DNA from: Limnothrix sp. BL-A-16
GTDB lineage: Bacteria; Cyanobacteriota; Cyanobacteriia; CACIAM-69d
Assembly: GCA_041937175.2 (NCBI GenBank)
Contig: CP166615.1
Coordinates: 3,936,001 to 4,000,000, forward strand
Direction of reading: 5' to 3'
DNA: 64,000 nt
The notes beneath the pieces were generated by a model, which did not search any database, had not been told where the DNA came from, and saw nothing but the letters and a program-made list of their open reading frames with translations. This document shows positions 32,457 to 43,648 of the stretch, piece by piece (position 1 is the stretch's first letter; every line of letters begins with the position of its first letter). Made by a program: the position numbers and the translations under genes.

Positions 32457-35400
32457 ATGGATGCCAACTATCAGGGAACCCGAGGCGGCGCATGGCAACA
32501 GGTGCTGCGCTGGCTGAACCTTCGGCCCGAAGAAGGAGAACGCACTTGGTTGATGTTCGCCTTCTATACCACCACCACCGTGGGGTTGAGTTGGCTGGAT
32601 AACAGCACGGCGGGCCTGTTTGTCGATCGCTACGGGGCCGTGGGCCTGCCGCTCATTTACTTGGGCAACGCGGCGATCGGGGCCTTGATGGGCTTTGCCT
32701 ATTCCCTGATGCAGAAGGTTATTCCCCTGCGTCAGACGATTGTCTTGATTCCGATTTTGATTGCCCTGCCCCTGGTGGCCTTTCGGGCGGGCTTGGGCAT
32801 TGAGCACCTGGCGGCGATCACGGTTTTTGTGATGCGGCTGTGGCTGGATGTGACCTATGTGCTCAATGACATCAACACCTCCATCACCGCCAACCAGCTT
32901 TTTAACATTCGAGAAATTAAGCGCACCTATCCCCTCATCAGCAGCGGTGTGCTAGTAGCGGATGTGATTAGCGGTTTTTCGCTGCCGGTGCTGTTGGATT
33001 GGGTGGGGCTGCCGAATGTGTTGCTGTTGGCGGCCGCTACGATCGCCTTTGGGGGCGGCATTTTGTTTTATCTGGGCCGGGCCTACAGCCAGGCCTTTCC
33101 CGATTCCCCCAGTCGCTACACCGAAGAGTCCCAGGCGGATTCTAATCGCCGGCTTCAGGGGCCCCTGCGCAGCTATGCGGGCTGGCTGGTGGCCTTTTTC
33201 ATGCTGGCGCAGGTGTTGTTTTTGCTGGTGGAATTTCAGTTCTTCGATCGACTGGAGTTGCAAAGTAAAACGTCGGCAGTCACGGGCACTGGGGGCGACG
33301 TGGCCAGCGAGATTGCCAGTTTTTTGGGCCTGTTTAATGGGGTGTTGGGGTTGGCGGAGTTGCTGACCCAATGGCTGGTGTCCAGTCGGGCGATCGAGCG
33401 GATTGGCCTGTTTCGATCGGCGGCTATTTTGCCCACGGCGGTGCTGATTTCCGGGGTGTTGGCCCTGTTGAGCATTCCGCTAGCGTCCCATGGATTTTCG
33501 GGCGCGTTCCTCGGGGCGATCGGCCTGAAGTTCATGGATGAGCTGCTGCGCTACACCCTCTTTGCCAGCACCAACCCGGTGTTGTTCCAGCCCATTCCCG
33601 ACAGCGTGCGAGGCAGCATCCAAGCCCGGGTTCGGGGCGTGTTTGAGTCGCTCTCCACGGGGCTGGCGGGGCTGCTAATTTTGGGGACGGTGTTTGTTTG
33701 CAAGCACTTTTTACCACCGGACTACCTGGAAGCCCAAAGCTGGATTGTGCTGGGGGCGATCGTCATTTTGGCGGTGCTCTGGGTGGTGGCGGTGTTGGGA
33801 TTGCGATCGCGCTACATCAGCCTGTTGGTGATCAGTGCTGAGCGGGGCCGACTGGGCACGATGGATGTGGATTCTTCCACCCTGCGCCAGGCGGTGATTG
33901 AGGCCCTGGTGCAACCGGGAACCACCCCCGAAGACAAGCGATCGTGCATCGAACTCCTGAGCCGCATTGACCCCGAGCGGGCCAGTGAAGTGCTCGCCCC
34001 CCTGCTGACCGGGTTTCCGCCCGTGCTGCAAAAGCAATGTTTGGAAGTGATGCTGGAGCGGCCCCAAACGGACTATCTCGCGCAAGTGCGGGCCCTGATT
34101 GTGCAGCAACCACCGCCGGAGGTGCTGGCGGCGGCCCTGCGCTACGTCTGGATTACGGAATCCGATCAGGATGTGCGCCATTTGCAGCCCTACCTGCGGC
34201 CCGAGGTGGATCCCATGGTGCGGGGCACGGCGGCCTCGTTGATTATGCGCCGAGGATCTGCGAGCCAGAAGGCGGAAGCTACCAACAGTTTGCGCCGAAT
34301 GCTCACCAGCGGTGATGTGCGAGAGCGGGTGATGGGTTGTCGGGCCTTGGGCGAGGCGGCCTATCTCCAGGCCCTGCGGTTGTATGTGCCGGATTTGCTT
34401 CAAGATTCATCGGTGGAGGTGCGTTGCGCCCTGCTGGAAGTGATTGCCTCGGCCCGGCTGGAAGACTACTACCCGGCCCTGTTGCGGGGGCTAAATTACA
34501 AGAGCACCCGGGAATCGGCCCTGCGCGGGTTGACCAAGCTGGAGCATGAGGTGCTGCCGATGCTGTTGGAGATGGCGGAGGACTGCCATAAGCCGGATCT
34601 GATGCGGATGCAGGCCTGGGGGGCGATCGGGCGCATTAGCACCTCGGAAGCCTTGGATATTTTGGTGTCGCGGTTGTTGGTGTCCTGGGGAGCCACCCGC
34701 CAAACGATTATGCGTACCCTGCTGAAGCTGCCCGACGACGCGGGGATTGAGGGCGTGTTGCGGCGGATTGGGCGAAGTGGGGTGGAAATGGCGATCGACC
34801 AGGAGTTGCGCTACGTGGGGCAATTGGCGGCGGCGCTGGTGGATTTGTCGGAAGCGTCCCTCACGGGGCGGGAGGCGGATTTGCTGCGCCAGTCCCTGCG
34901 CGATTCGATCCAGGATGCCCATGAACGGCTCTTTTCCTTGATGAAGTTCCTCTATCCGATCGGGTCGATTCAAGCGGCTTCCTTCAATTTGCGATCGGGG
35001 TCGCGGGAGTCTGTGGCTCGGGGCTTGGAAATTTTGGATAATACGCTGGATATTCCCAGTAAGCGGGCGGTGTTGGGAATTTTTGACTCGGCGAACGATC
35101 GCGATCGGCTGGCGGCGGTGAATGAGCTGATGCATTACCAACCGATGGCTCCGCGCGATCGGGTGCGGCGGCTTTTGGATTTGCGCTACTTTCTGTCCGA
35201 TTGGCCCTTGGCCTGTTGCTTCCATGTGGCGCGGTCTTTGCGCTGGAGCCTGACCACGGATCAAACCCTGGCCTGTTTGCGTCACCCACGCGGCTTTGTG
35301 CGGGAAGCGGTGCTAGCCTATTTGGAGTTGGCTTCTCAGCGGATGTTGGCGGAGATTTTGCCCCGGATGGTGCATGATCCCGATCGCCTGGTGTTAGCCC

Positions 35401-35474
35401 AGGTGCAACATCTGGCCCAGGGGTTGGGCGTGGCCCTGCCCACCAAGTCCGCCGAGGCCTCGGGCCCGGTCTAG
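32457..35474 (+). CDS. MFS/NTT-like membrane domain fused to HEAT repeats
   Basis: ~12 TM N-terminal half (NQLFNIREIKRTYPLI) followed by HEAT-like helical repeats. Confidence 0.82.
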   Translation: MDANYQGTRGGAWQQVLRWLNLRPEEGERTWLMFAFYTTTTVGLSWLDNSTAGLFVDRYGAVGLPLIYLGNAAIGALMGFAYSLMQKVIPLRQTIVLIPILIALPLVAFRAGLGIEHLAAITVFVMRLWLDVTYVLNDINTSITANQLFNIREIKRTYPLISSGVLVADVISGFSLPVLLDWVGLPNVLLLAAATIAFGGGILFYLGRAYSQAFPDSPSRYTEESQADSNRRLQGPLRSYAGWLVAFFMLAQVLFLLVEFQFFDRLELQSKTSAVTGTGGDVASEIASFLGLFNGVLGLAELLTQWLVSSRAIERIGLFRSAAILPTAVLISGVLALLSIPLASHGFSGAFLGAIGLKFMDELLRYTLFASTNPVLFQPIPDSVRGSIQARVRGVFESLSTGLAGLLILGTVFVCKHFLPPDYLEAQSWIVLGAIVILAVLWVVAVLGLRSRYISLLVISAERGRLGTMDVDSSTLRQAVIEALVQPGTTPEDKRSCIELLSRIDPERASEVLAPLLTGFPPVLQKQCLEVMLERPQTDYLAQVRALIVQQPPPEVLAAALRYVWITESDQDVRHLQPYLRPEVDPMVRGTAASLIMRRGSASQKAEATNSLRRMLTSGDVRERVMGCRALGEAAYLQALRLYVPDLLQDSSVEVRCALLEVIASARLEDYYPALLRGLNYKSTRESALRGLTKLEHEVLPMLLEMAEDCHKPDLMRMQAWGAIGRISTSEALDILVSRLLVSWGATRQTIMRTLLKLPDDAGIEGVLRRIGRSGVEMAIDQELRYVGQLAAALVDLSEASLTGREADLLRQSLRDSIQDAHERLFSLMKFLYPIGSIQAASFNLRSGSRESVARGLEILDNTLDIPSKRAVLGIFDSANDRDRLAAVNELMHYQPMAPRDRVRRLLDLRYFLSDWPLACCFHVARSLRWSLTTDQTLACLRHPRGFVREAVLAYLELASQRMLAEILPRMVHDPDRLVLAQVQHLAQGLGVALPTKSAEASGPV

Positions 35475-35683
35475 GGGCTGGGGTGGCTCCGAGTCGATTG
35501 AACTCTGCCCGCGAAGAACCCCCAGCCCAGCACTCGCCACTCCCACAAAGCGGGATAAGATAGCGGGGTGTTGAGCTTTCATCATGTCGTTTCACCCCCA
35601 GCCTTGCCCTCGCGGTGCATCAACCAGCTTTGAGTCATTGACCGCCTGGGGCCTGTTGCCTGACCCACCGCGCCTAGCCGCTC

Positions 35684-36172
35684 ATGCTCACTAGCGTCGA
35701 TCGCCTGCTCTTTATCCGCGAAGTCCCGATTTTTAAAGAACTGCGCGACGAGTTCCTCGTGCGGTTGGCTTCCTGCATGGATGAGTTATCGTTTTCTGCC
35801 AAGCAAACGATCTTCACGCAGGGGCAAGAAGGGCGATCGCTCTACATTGTGGTGTCGGGACGGGTGCGAGTGCATCTGAACGATCGAGATTTGGCCCATC
35901 TGGGGAAAGGATCCTTTTTTGGGGAAATGTCGCTGTTTGATGCGGAACCCCGATCGGCCTCCGTCACCACGATCGAACCCTGTGAATGTTTGATGCTGAC
36001 CCAACAGCAGCTCTACGACGCGATCGACGAAACCCCCGATATTGCGGTGAATGTGATTCGGCTGCTCTCCCGTCGGATTCGGGAGCTGAATCAAAAACTG
36101 AATGCCAGTCGCGACTTGGACGGTAAGGGATCCGGATCAACCCTCTTGCCGTCCAATTCCCAAAACAGCTAG
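35684..36172 (+). CDS. Stand-alone cyclic-nucleotide-binding domain protein
   Basis: FFGEMSLFDAEPRSASV phosphate-binding cassette; no HTH. Confidence 0.92.
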   Translation: MLTSVDRLLFIREVPIFKELRDEFLVRLASCMDELSFSAKQTIFTQGQEGRSLYIVVSGRVRVHLNDRDLAHLGKGSFFGEMSLFDAEPRSASVTTIEPCECLMLTQQQLYDAIDETPDIAVNVIRLLSRRIRELNQKLNASRDLDGKGSGSTLLPSNSQNS

Positions 36173-36246
36173 GGCCTAGGATTTAGACCTGATTGGAGTC
36201 GCCAGCCGAACCCTAGCCCCCACAAATCGCCCAGTCAGATCCTGTC

Positions 36247-38757
36247 CTAGAGGGTGATCGCCCCCGTGATCGCCTCAGTGCTGGCCAGCTTCACCAGTCG
36301 ATCGCCCTGATCTTCGCGGCCCAAGACGGGGAAATCGGCCCAAGCCAAACCGCCCGATCGACCCGTGTTGGTGCTGATCCACCAGAGGCCGCGATCGGCT
36401 ACCGGAGCCATGGCCACCAGCCGATCGCCCCGAGCCAGGGTCAGGAAATTGCTGCCCGCTTCGCCCAATCCATTCAGGCGCAGGCGATCCACTCGCAGTT
36501 GCTTGCCATAGCCCCGCTCGGTGATCAGGGCCAGGGTTTGCCCCGGGCCCAAGGTGCAACAGCCCAACAACCGTTCCGATCGACTCACCTTCGTGGCCAA
36601 GGCTCCTTGGGTGTTGCGATTGCTGACCGGCAGGGTAACCGCGTCCAGGGGCAAAATCATCCCTCGGCCCATGGAAGTGGCCACCACCAGCCGATCGCCC
36701 TCGGATCCCAAGGCGGCGGCCACCAACTGATCCCCCTCCTTCAGCTTTAGGGCCACCAGGCCCCGCCCGGTAATTCGCTCAAATTCCCCCAGGGCCAAGC
36801 GCTTCACCCGCCCTTGCTGAGTGAGCACAATCAAATCCTGGGGCGGATGGGGATGATCGGCAAAGTCCAACGACAACACGGCCACAATTTCCCGGGCCAG
36901 GGCTGCCACCGAGTCATCCGCACTTTGCAGGGCGGTCGATCGGGCTGATTCCGGCAGCAGCGTAACCAGGGGCAATCCTCGGGGCGCTTTTTTGCTGATC
37001 GGGGGAATGTCGCCCACCCGCAGGCTATAGGCCTTGCCCGATCGGGTGAGCACTAGCAGTTCCCGATCGGTTTGCGTATTAAAGGTCTGCACGGCGGCCT
37101 CGTCCCGCTCCGTCAGCTCGCCCGGCGTGGGTTCGCTGCGCCGTCGCTTGGGCGGAACCCGCCGCACATAACCCCGATCGCTCAGTTCCACAATGGCCGG
37201 TTCTGGAGCCGTGGGAGCTGCCACCGCTGGCGATTCCGTGGTCGCCTGCACCGTCGCTTCATCCAAAATTCGGGTGCGGCGCGGATCAGCAAATTTCTTT
37301 TTGAACGATCGCAGGTCTTTTTTCAGAAATTTCAGCCGTTCTTGTCGATCGGCCAGCAAATTCGACAGCTCTGCTAGGCGCGATCGCAGGGTTTCCCGCT
37401 CCTCCAACAGTTTTTGGCGCTCCAGTCCCGTCAGTCGCCGCATGGGCATTCCCAACACCGCCTGGGCCTGGGAATCGCTCATGCCCAGCCGCACAGCCAA
37501 CTGGGCTTGGGCAGTGGTTCCATCCGGGGCAAACCGCAAAATCTCGATCGTTTCATCCAAATGATCCAGGGCCAGGACTAACCCTTCCACCAACTCCAGT
37601 CGATCGGCCACTTGCTCGCGATCGGCCGTCAATTGCTTGGTCAGGGTTTCTTCCCGGAACGCCAAAAAGACTTGGAGGGCCTGCTTCAGGCTCAACTGCT
37701 GGGGCTGGCGATCGACAATGGCCAGCAGAATCATGCCAAAGGTGGACTGCAAATCCGTTTGGCGATAAAGCTGCTTTAAAACCGCCGCTGGCTCCGCCTC
37801 CCGCTTCAGTTCAATGACGACCCGAATTCCGTCGCGATCGCTCTCATCCCGCAAATCGCTGATGCCCGTTAGCTTGCCCAGGTTCACCAACTCGGCCATT
37901 TTTTCTAGCCAACTGGCCTTGTTGGTTTGGTAGGGCAATTCCGTCACCACGATCGCCGTCCGTTTTTGGCGACCCCGCCCGCCGGGAATTTCCTCCACAT
38001 GGGTCACCCCGCGCAGGACAATGCTGCCCTTGCCGGTGCGATAGGCATCCTCAATGCCCTTGGTGCCGATAATTTCGCCCCCGGTGGGGAAGTCGGGGCC
38101 CGGAATCAGTTTCCACAGTTGCGCATCGGACAAGTCCGGGCGATCGATCAGCGCCACCAACCCATCCACCAACTCGCCCAGGTGGTGCGGGGGAATATTG
38201 GTGGCCATACCCACGGCAATGCCCGAACAGCCATTCAGCAACAACAGGGGCAACTGCACCGGCAACACCACCGGCTCCTGTTGGGAACTGTCGAAATTGG
38301 GCGCAAAGTTAACGGTGGCCTCGCTCAGGTTCGCCAGGGCTGAAACCTGGGCAATTTCCGCCAATCGAGTTTCCGTGTAGCGCATGGCGGCCGGTGGATC
38401 ATCGTCGATCGAGCCAAAATTGCCATGGCCCTGCAACAGGGGATAGCGCATGGAAAAGCTCTGCACCATCCGCACCAGTGCGTCATAAACCGCCTTGTCT
38501 CCGTGGGGGTGATATTTCCCCAACACATCCCCCACCACCCGGGCACATTTGCGAAAGGGGCGATCGGGCGTTAATCCCAACTCATGCATCGCGTACAAAA
38601 TCCGCCGATGCACCGGTTTGAGGCCATCCCGCGCATCCGGCAGGGCTCGGCCGACGATCGTACTCATGGCGTATTCCAAATACGATCGCTGCATTTCCCC
38701 ATGCAACGAGGTCGGAATGATTTGCCCAGAGCCAAGAAGGTTGAGTTGCGCGGTCAT
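36247..38757 (-). CDS. Type IIA topoisomerase subunit A (GyrA paralogue, ParC-like)
   Basis: [30 protein letters not shown] catalytic Tyr; no GyrA-box seen. Confidence 0.9.
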   Translation of the reverse strand: MTAQLNLLGSGQIIPTSLHGEMQRSYLEYAMSTIVGRALPDARDGLKPVHRRILYAMHELGLTPDRPFRKCARVVGDVLGKYHPHGDKAVYDALVRMVQSFSMRYPLLQGHGNFGSIDDDPPAAMRYTETRLAEIAQVSALANLSEATVNFAPNFDSSQQEPVVLPVQLPLLLLNGCSGIAVGMATNIPPHHLGELVDGLVALIDRPDLSDAQLWKLIPGPDFPTGGEIIGTKGIEDAYRTGKGSIVLRGVTHVEEIPGGRGRQKRTAIVVTELPYQTNKASWLEKMAELVNLGKLTGISDLRDESDRDGIRVVIELKREAEPAAVLKQLYRQTDLQSTFGMILLAIVDRQPQQLSLKQALQVFLAFREETLTKQLTADREQVADRLELVEGLVLALDHLDETIEILRFAPDGTTAQAQLAVRLGMSDSQAQAVLGMPMRRLTGLERQKLLEERETLRSRLAELSNLLADRQERLKFLKKDLRSFKKKFADPRRTRILDEATVQATTESPAVAAPTAPEPAIVELSDRGYVRRVPPKRRRSEPTPGELTERDEAAVQTFNTQTDRELLVLTRSGKAYSLRVGDIPPISKKAPRGLPLVTLLPESARSTALQSADDSVAALAREIVAVLSLDFADHPHPPQDLIVLTQQGRVKRLALGEFERITGRGLVALKLKEGDQLVAAALGSEGDRLVVATSMGRGMILPLDAVTLPVSNRNTQGALATKVSRSERLLGCCTLGPGQTLALITERGYGKQLRVDRLRLNGLGEAGSNFLTLARGDRLVAMAPVADRGLWWISTNTGRSGGLAWADFPVLGREDQGDRLVKLASTEAITGAITL

Positions 38758-38907
38758 CAGGCGAGTCCAGTCCAAAAAACGGCCAAGGGGTGAGCGAAAT
38801 TAAAAATCGCAAGAAAGACGAGGATTAATCAGCAGTCGCTTGCACGGAAAGAGCAATGAGGCATAGCATAACAACTAGACAGCCTCGCGTTTGGCGCAAC
38901 TTGCTCG

Positions 38908-39309
38908 ATGAAAACGGTTTTGATCGTTGAAGACGACCCAATTAATGCACGCGTCTTCTCCAAAATTTTGACCAAGCGGGGCGGCCTGGCCGTGCAGCAC
39001 ACAGAAGATGTGGAAGAGGTCGTGAAGATTGCCCGGGCGGGCGAAGCGGACATCATCTTGATGGACGTTTCCTTGGCCCACAGCACCTATGAGGGCAAAT
39101 CGGTTGATGGCATTAAAATCACCCAAATGCTGAAGGGGGATCCGGCCACGGCCAAGCTGCCCATCATTTTGGTGACGGCCCACGCCATGGAAGGCGATCG
39201 GGAAAATTTCCTGTCCGAAAGTGGCGCGGATGACTACATTTCCAAGCCCGTGGTGGATCACCAGGCCTTTGTGGACAAAATCGTCAGCCTGCTGCCCACG
39301 GATGCTTAG
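38908..39309 (+). CDS. Single-domain response regulator (CheY/DivK-like)
   Basis: LIVEDD, LMDVSL, LVTAHAM, YISKP. Confidence 0.93.
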   Translation: MKTVLIVEDDPINARVFSKILTKRGGLAVQHTEDVEEVVKIARAGEADIILMDVSLAHSTYEGKSVDGIKITQMLKGDPATAKLPIILVTAHAMEGDRENFLSESGADDYISKPVVDHQAFVDKIVSLLPTDA

Positions 39310-39405
39310 GGCGGGCGATCGAGGGCTGGAGAGATAGTTCACGGGTCGCCAATTGCTGTTTGGGCCATCTTCCGTTGGGAGGGTGGCCCATTGCCCGATC
39401 GGCCC

Positions 39406-41649
39406 CTAGGCCTGATTGCCCGTGGCTTCCAGGGATTCGAGAATGTTCAAAATTTCCAGAGCGGCGGCGTAGGTATCGTTCAAAATCCGTTCGTCTTCTT
39501 CGGGATCATCGGTCAAGTCATCCAAAATGAGCCGCAGGGCCCCAATAATTTCGCTGAGGCGCGATCGCACCTGATAGGAAATTTGGGCGAAGGTTTCATA
39601 GCGATCCATGCCCCCACCTCCTGAGTCGCTGTAGAACGATCGCTGAACTTGCAGCGCGTCTTCAAACAACTCCATGGTGCTCAACATCCGAATGGCCGAT
39701 CGATAGGATTCGCGCAGGAGTTCTTGGCGTTCCTCGTTGCTGTCCACCAAGTCATCCACCAGCAATTGCAGGGAGCCGACGGTGATGTTGAGCCGGGTGC
39801 GAATTTCGTAGGAGGTGCGGTTGAAGGTTTCGCTGGCGGTGGCCATCGGTTGCTGCACCCGGGCATTGCCAAACTGCATGGTGTAGAGCTTGGCGTAGGC
39901 TCCGCCCTTGGCCAGCAGTTCCGCATGGTTGCCCACTTCCACCACGCGCCCCTTGTCCAGGACGGCGATTTGGTTGGCCCGCTGCACGGTTGAGAGGCGG
40001 TGGGCAATGGCGATCACGGTGCGATCGCGGCTGAGGGTTTCGATCGCCTCCTGCACCAACCGCTCGGACACCGTATCCAGGGCGCTGGTGGCCTCATCCA
40101 AAATCAGCACTGGGGGATTTTGCAGCAAGGCCCGGGCGATCGCCAGCCGCTGCCGTTGCCCCCCCGACAACATCACACCCCGATCGCCAATGGTGGTTTC
40201 CAGGCCGCGCGGCATTCGCTCAATAAATTCCATGGCGTTGGCTAATTTGGCGGCGGCAATCACCTCCTCATCGGTGGCCGTGGGCATCGGGTAGGCGATG
40301 TTGTTGCGGATGGTGTCGTTAAACAGAAAGGTTTCTTGGCTGACAATGCCCAGGGATCGCCGGAGCGATCGCACATCAAAGCTGCGTAAGTCTTGACCAT
40401 CAATGAGGATCCGCCCCGCCGTTGGGTCGGCAAACCGGGGCACTAACTCCACAAGGGTTGATTTCCCGGCTCCGGAGCTGCCCACCAGGGCCAAGGTTGT
40501 GCCCCGGGGCAAGGTGAGGGTGATGTCTTGGAGTGTCAGCTCGCTGCTGCCTTCGTAGGCAAAGCTGAGATTTTCAAACCGAATGTCCTGGTGCAGTCCC
40601 GTGAAGGGGGTGGAACCATTGGCCAAAAAGGTCTTGTTGCTCGATCGCAAAAAGTCTTCCACCACATCCACACTGGCGGCCGTGTTGGCCAACTGGCCCC
40701 GCAACCGGTTGAGCTGGGCCACCAGGGGCAACAGCCGAAACAGCAGTGTCAGATAGGTTAGCAGCACCGTGGACAGGGCACTGAGCTGATCCGCAAACAG
40801 CCAGCGACTGATGCCAACGATCGCCATCAACATCACCACGCTCACCACTTCCGTGACCGGGGCGATCGCGATCGAGTTGGCCTGGGATTTAAACTCCGCT
40901 GCCTCCCGGGCCTTGGTTAGCCGCAGCATTCGATCGAACTCCCGCGCCTCCATGGCAGCCGATCGCACCAACCGCATCCCGCCCAAAATCTCCAACAGGG
41001 CCACGGAATAGTCCTTGGAGGTTTGGGACACATCCTTCCCCAGTTGGCGGGATTGGTTGACATAGAGCTGATTAATCCACACCACCCCCGTAAACAACAC
41101 CGTGGCCACCACCGTCAGTTGCCAAGACAGCAGCAGCAACAGCCCCACCATCACCAGGATCGAAACCACCGTGGCCACCAATTGCAGCAAATTGGCCACC
41201 GTGGCCGAAACCCGCCCAATTTCATTCCCCAGGCGGTTGTTGATGTCGCCCACGCGGGTGCGAGCAAAGTAGCTGAGATTTACATCCAGCAGTAACTGAA
41301 TGGCGTTCATGCGCAGGTCAGCCGCCAGCGATCGCTGCAAAATTCCGACGGCCAAGGCGCTGAGATAGGTGGCCAGGTTTTTGAGGGCGATCGTGCCCAC
41401 CACCGCCACGGCCATGGCGATCGGTTGGTAGGCCACCGGCAGCCCCTCAAAGGGCGAAAAAAGTTTGCGCAAAATGGGCGGCCCGCCGGACAGCACCATT
41501 TCTTGGCCCAAAAAGCGCAGCACCACTGGCACAATCAGCGCCGTGCTCACCCCGTTGAACAGGGCCCCCGAGAAGCCCATGATCATGGTCCAAGCCGCTT
41601 GTCGGGGATAGCGCCGAATCAGTTGCCAAAGGAATTTGCGTCGGGCCAT
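39406..41649 (-). CDS. HepA/MsbA-like ABC exporter (TMD+NBD) with C-terminal tandem HisKA-like domains
   Basis: [26 protein letters not shown]; ~145 aa tail with two related helical-hairpin repeats. Confidence 0.92.
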   Translation of the reverse strand: MARRKFLWQLIRRYPRQAAWTMIMGFSGALFNGVSTALIVPVVLRFLGQEMVLSGGPPILRKLFSPFEGLPVAYQPIAMAVAVVGTIALKNLATYLSALAVGILQRSLAADLRMNAIQLLLDVNLSYFARTRVGDINNRLGNEIGRVSATVANLLQLVATVVSILVMVGLLLLLSWQLTVVATVLFTGVVWINQLYVNQSRQLGKDVSQTSKDYSVALLEILGGMRLVRSAAMEAREFDRMLRLTKAREAAEFKSQANSIAIAPVTEVVSVVMLMAIVGISRWLFADQLSALSTVLLTYLTLLFRLLPLVAQLNRLRGQLANTAASVDVVEDFLRSSNKTFLANGSTPFTGLHQDIRFENLSFAYEGSSELTLQDITLTLPRGTTLALVGSSGAGKSTLVELVPRFADPTAGRILIDGQDLRSFDVRSLRRSLGIVSQETFLFNDTIRNNIAYPMPTATDEEVIAAAKLANAMEFIERMPRGLETTIGDRGVMLSGGQRQRLAIARALLQNPPVLILDEATSALDTVSERLVQEAIETLSRDRTVIAIAHRLSTVQRANQIAVLDKGRVVEVGNHAELLAKGGAYAKLYTMQFGNARVQQPMATASETFNRTSYEIRTRLNITVGSLQLLVDDLVDSNEERQELLRESYRSAIRMLSTMELFEDALQVQRSFYSDSGGGGMDRYETFAQISYQVRSRLSEIIGALRLILDDLTDDPEEDERILNDTYAAALEILNILESLEATGNQA

Positions 41650-41874
41650 TGGATCACAAGGGAAAGGGAACGAGATCTACCCAAAATAGGCAGCGGTGGC
41701 CAAAAACCACACCAAGAACCCATCAGGCAGAACCTGATGCAACGTCCTGACGCGATCGCCCCGGGGATCTGGAGAAATGCGCATCTGAATTTTAGGCCGG
41801 GCATTGGCCCGATGGGGGGCGACCGCCACCGCTTCTTGGCCACCGACCCGCAGCAGCCCCACCCCGCCGCCCTA

Positions 41875-42016
41875 GGGCCTGTCGTCATTTCGCCCAAAAC
41901 CCTAAATCTGCCGTTAGCGGATCGTGGGGGACAAGGGGCTTGAGCATCTTGTTACGACGATTAGGGCGCGGAAGATCAACCGTTTCAGCATCACCTCGAA
42001 AAATGACGACACCCCC
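41875..42016 (+). mobile_element. MITE family B, copy 2 (142 bp)
   Basis: GGGCCTGTCGTCATTT / AAATGACGACACCCCC; TA duplication in a CTAG context; degenerate palindrome at 41932-41951. Confidence 0.9.
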
Positions 42017-43224
42017 TAGCACCGATCGAGAATTTGGTGCAGGCCCGTGGCCATCGCTTCCAGGCTGTAGTGCTCAATGCAGCGCTGCCGGGCCCGCCGC
42101 CCGATCGCCCCCGATTGTTCCGGATCATCCAACACCTGGCGAATGGCTTGGGCCAGTTGACTCGGCTGGCTGGGTTCCACCAACAGCCCCGTATCCCCCA
42201 GCAATTGCGGAATATCGCCCACGCGGGTGGCAATGACCGGCTTGCCCATGGCCATGCCGTCCGTCAGCTTCAGGGGAAATTGGGCGCGGGTTTCCGGGGT
42301 GTCCCGTTGGGGAACCACCACCGCGTGGGCCGCCGCCACCACCGCTGGCATCTCCGAGGCCGGTTGTTTGGGTAAATAGATCAGCCACCGGCCCCAGCGG
42401 GCCTGTAGTTGCTGGTCATAGTCATCGTAGGGACTGCCCCCCACGATCACCAGCCGAATTTGTGGATCGTTGAGCTGATCCAAAGCCACCAACAAGTCTT
42501 CAACGCCTTTGTAGGGGCGGGTGGCTCCTGGAAACATCAAAATTTTGTAGTCTTGCCAGCCTTGGTGCGATCGGGCGGCGACGGGATCGAATCGATCGGG
42601 ATCAAACAGGGCCGTATCCTTGCCGCTGGGAATCAAAACCCCACCGAACCGTTGCTGTAACGCTAAGGTATTGACGGTAATCGCTGTGGCATGGCTGGCC
42701 CAAGGCTCGATCGCCTGGAGATAGAGGGGATGATCGGGCCGGCGCAGTTCCCCATCTTTACCTAACAAGTCGCGCAGAAATTTGCGCGGCCGCAGCCGAT
42801 AGCGGTATTGATCGCCCCCGTGCCAGCTCAACTCCCAATCATCAATATCCACAATCACCGGCCGCCGATGGGCGATCGCCTTCAGCAGCCCCAAGCCGTA
42901 GCTGCTGGGCTTCAGCTTTTGGGCATAGATGATATCGCCGGTAATTTGGGGCCAAAGCCGGGCGATCGAGCGAAAGTAGCCAGGATAGGGGTAACCCGGT
43001 ACGGTCACCACCTGCCAGTGGGGCGGAGCGGGCAACGTTCCCAACTCCCCAAACACCGACCCCACGATCTGGATTCGATAACCCAGGCGATCGAGTGCTT
43101 GGGCCAACAAAAATGTGCGCACCGCACCGCCCCAACGGCCGACCCCCTTGGTGGACAGATCGCTCACCAGAATGGTGACTTGGCGCGGTTGGGCCGAGGG
43201 TTGAGACTTGGAGAAAACAGACAT
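42016..43224 (-). CDS. Glycosyltransferase family 4
   Basis: YKGVEDL, FPLKLTDGMAMGKPVIATRVGDI. Confidence 0.92.
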   Translation of the reverse strand: MSVFSKSQPSAQPRQVTILVSDLSTKGVGRWGGAVRTFLLAQALDRLGYRIQIVGSVFGELGTLPAPPHWQVVTVPGYPYPGYFRSIARLWPQITGDIIYAQKLKPSSYGLGLLKAIAHRRPVIVDIDDWELSWHGGDQYRYRLRPRKFLRDLLGKDGELRRPDHPLYLQAIEPWASHATAITVNTLALQQRFGGVLIPSGKDTALFDPDRFDPVAARSHQGWQDYKILMFPGATRPYKGVEDLLVALDQLNDPQIRLVIVGGSPYDDYDQQLQARWGRWLIYLPKQPASEMPAVVAAAHAVVVPQRDTPETRAQFPLKLTDGMAMGKPVIATRVGDIPQLLGDTGLLVEPSQPSQLAQAIRQVLDDPEQSGAIGRRARQRCIEHYSLEAMATGLHQILDRC

Positions 43225-43341
43225 CAGCGGCACAGCAGCAAGAGGGCGAGGAACCACCGCAGATCAGCCGATTCGCCAATCTGCTTCAGGGTTCTGACGG
43301 TTTAGATCGCTCGGCCAGGCCAAATCTATGGCCAGACCAGC

Positions 43342-43542
43342 CTATGGATGCACAATTCGCACCCGCCCCAACTTCACCAGGTCAAAAAGCCTGGACACTT
43401 GCCGCCGCTGCTCGTCAGTCATCTTAAAATCACTGAGAAGGCAGTTGGCCAGGCTCAGGTAATCTTGCCGGGGAATCGCTTCGACTCCATCTAAGCGATC
43501 GAGAATTGGCTGAAGGTCGAATTCTGTCGCTTTCGTCGCCAT
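43342..43542 (-). CDS. Small conserved cyanobacterial hypothetical protein
   Basis: 66 aa, ...LLSD...RRQVSRLFDLVKLGRVRIV; divergent from gloB. Confidence 0.6.
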   Translation of the reverse strand: MATKATEFDLQPILDRLDGVEAIPRQDYLSLANCLLSDFKMTDEQRRQVSRLFDLVKLGRVRIVHP

Positions 43543-43648
43543 TGACGCTGATGTCGAAGAGGTCGCAAGGCCGATCCGCCGCGATTTTCGCCGCTTGCGC
43601 GCTCTTCGCGCGGTGGGGGGTCTGTTGTTAATTCTATTTCGCACCCCA

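Noticed and set aside
36247..38757. Calling this gene gyrA
   Set aside because: No GyrA-box is visible and the C-terminal domain is divergent; gyrA versus parC cannot be settled here.
41650..41874. Small ORFs between the ABC transporter and MITE B2
   Set aside because: No coherent start or motif; more likely upstream non-coding sequence.
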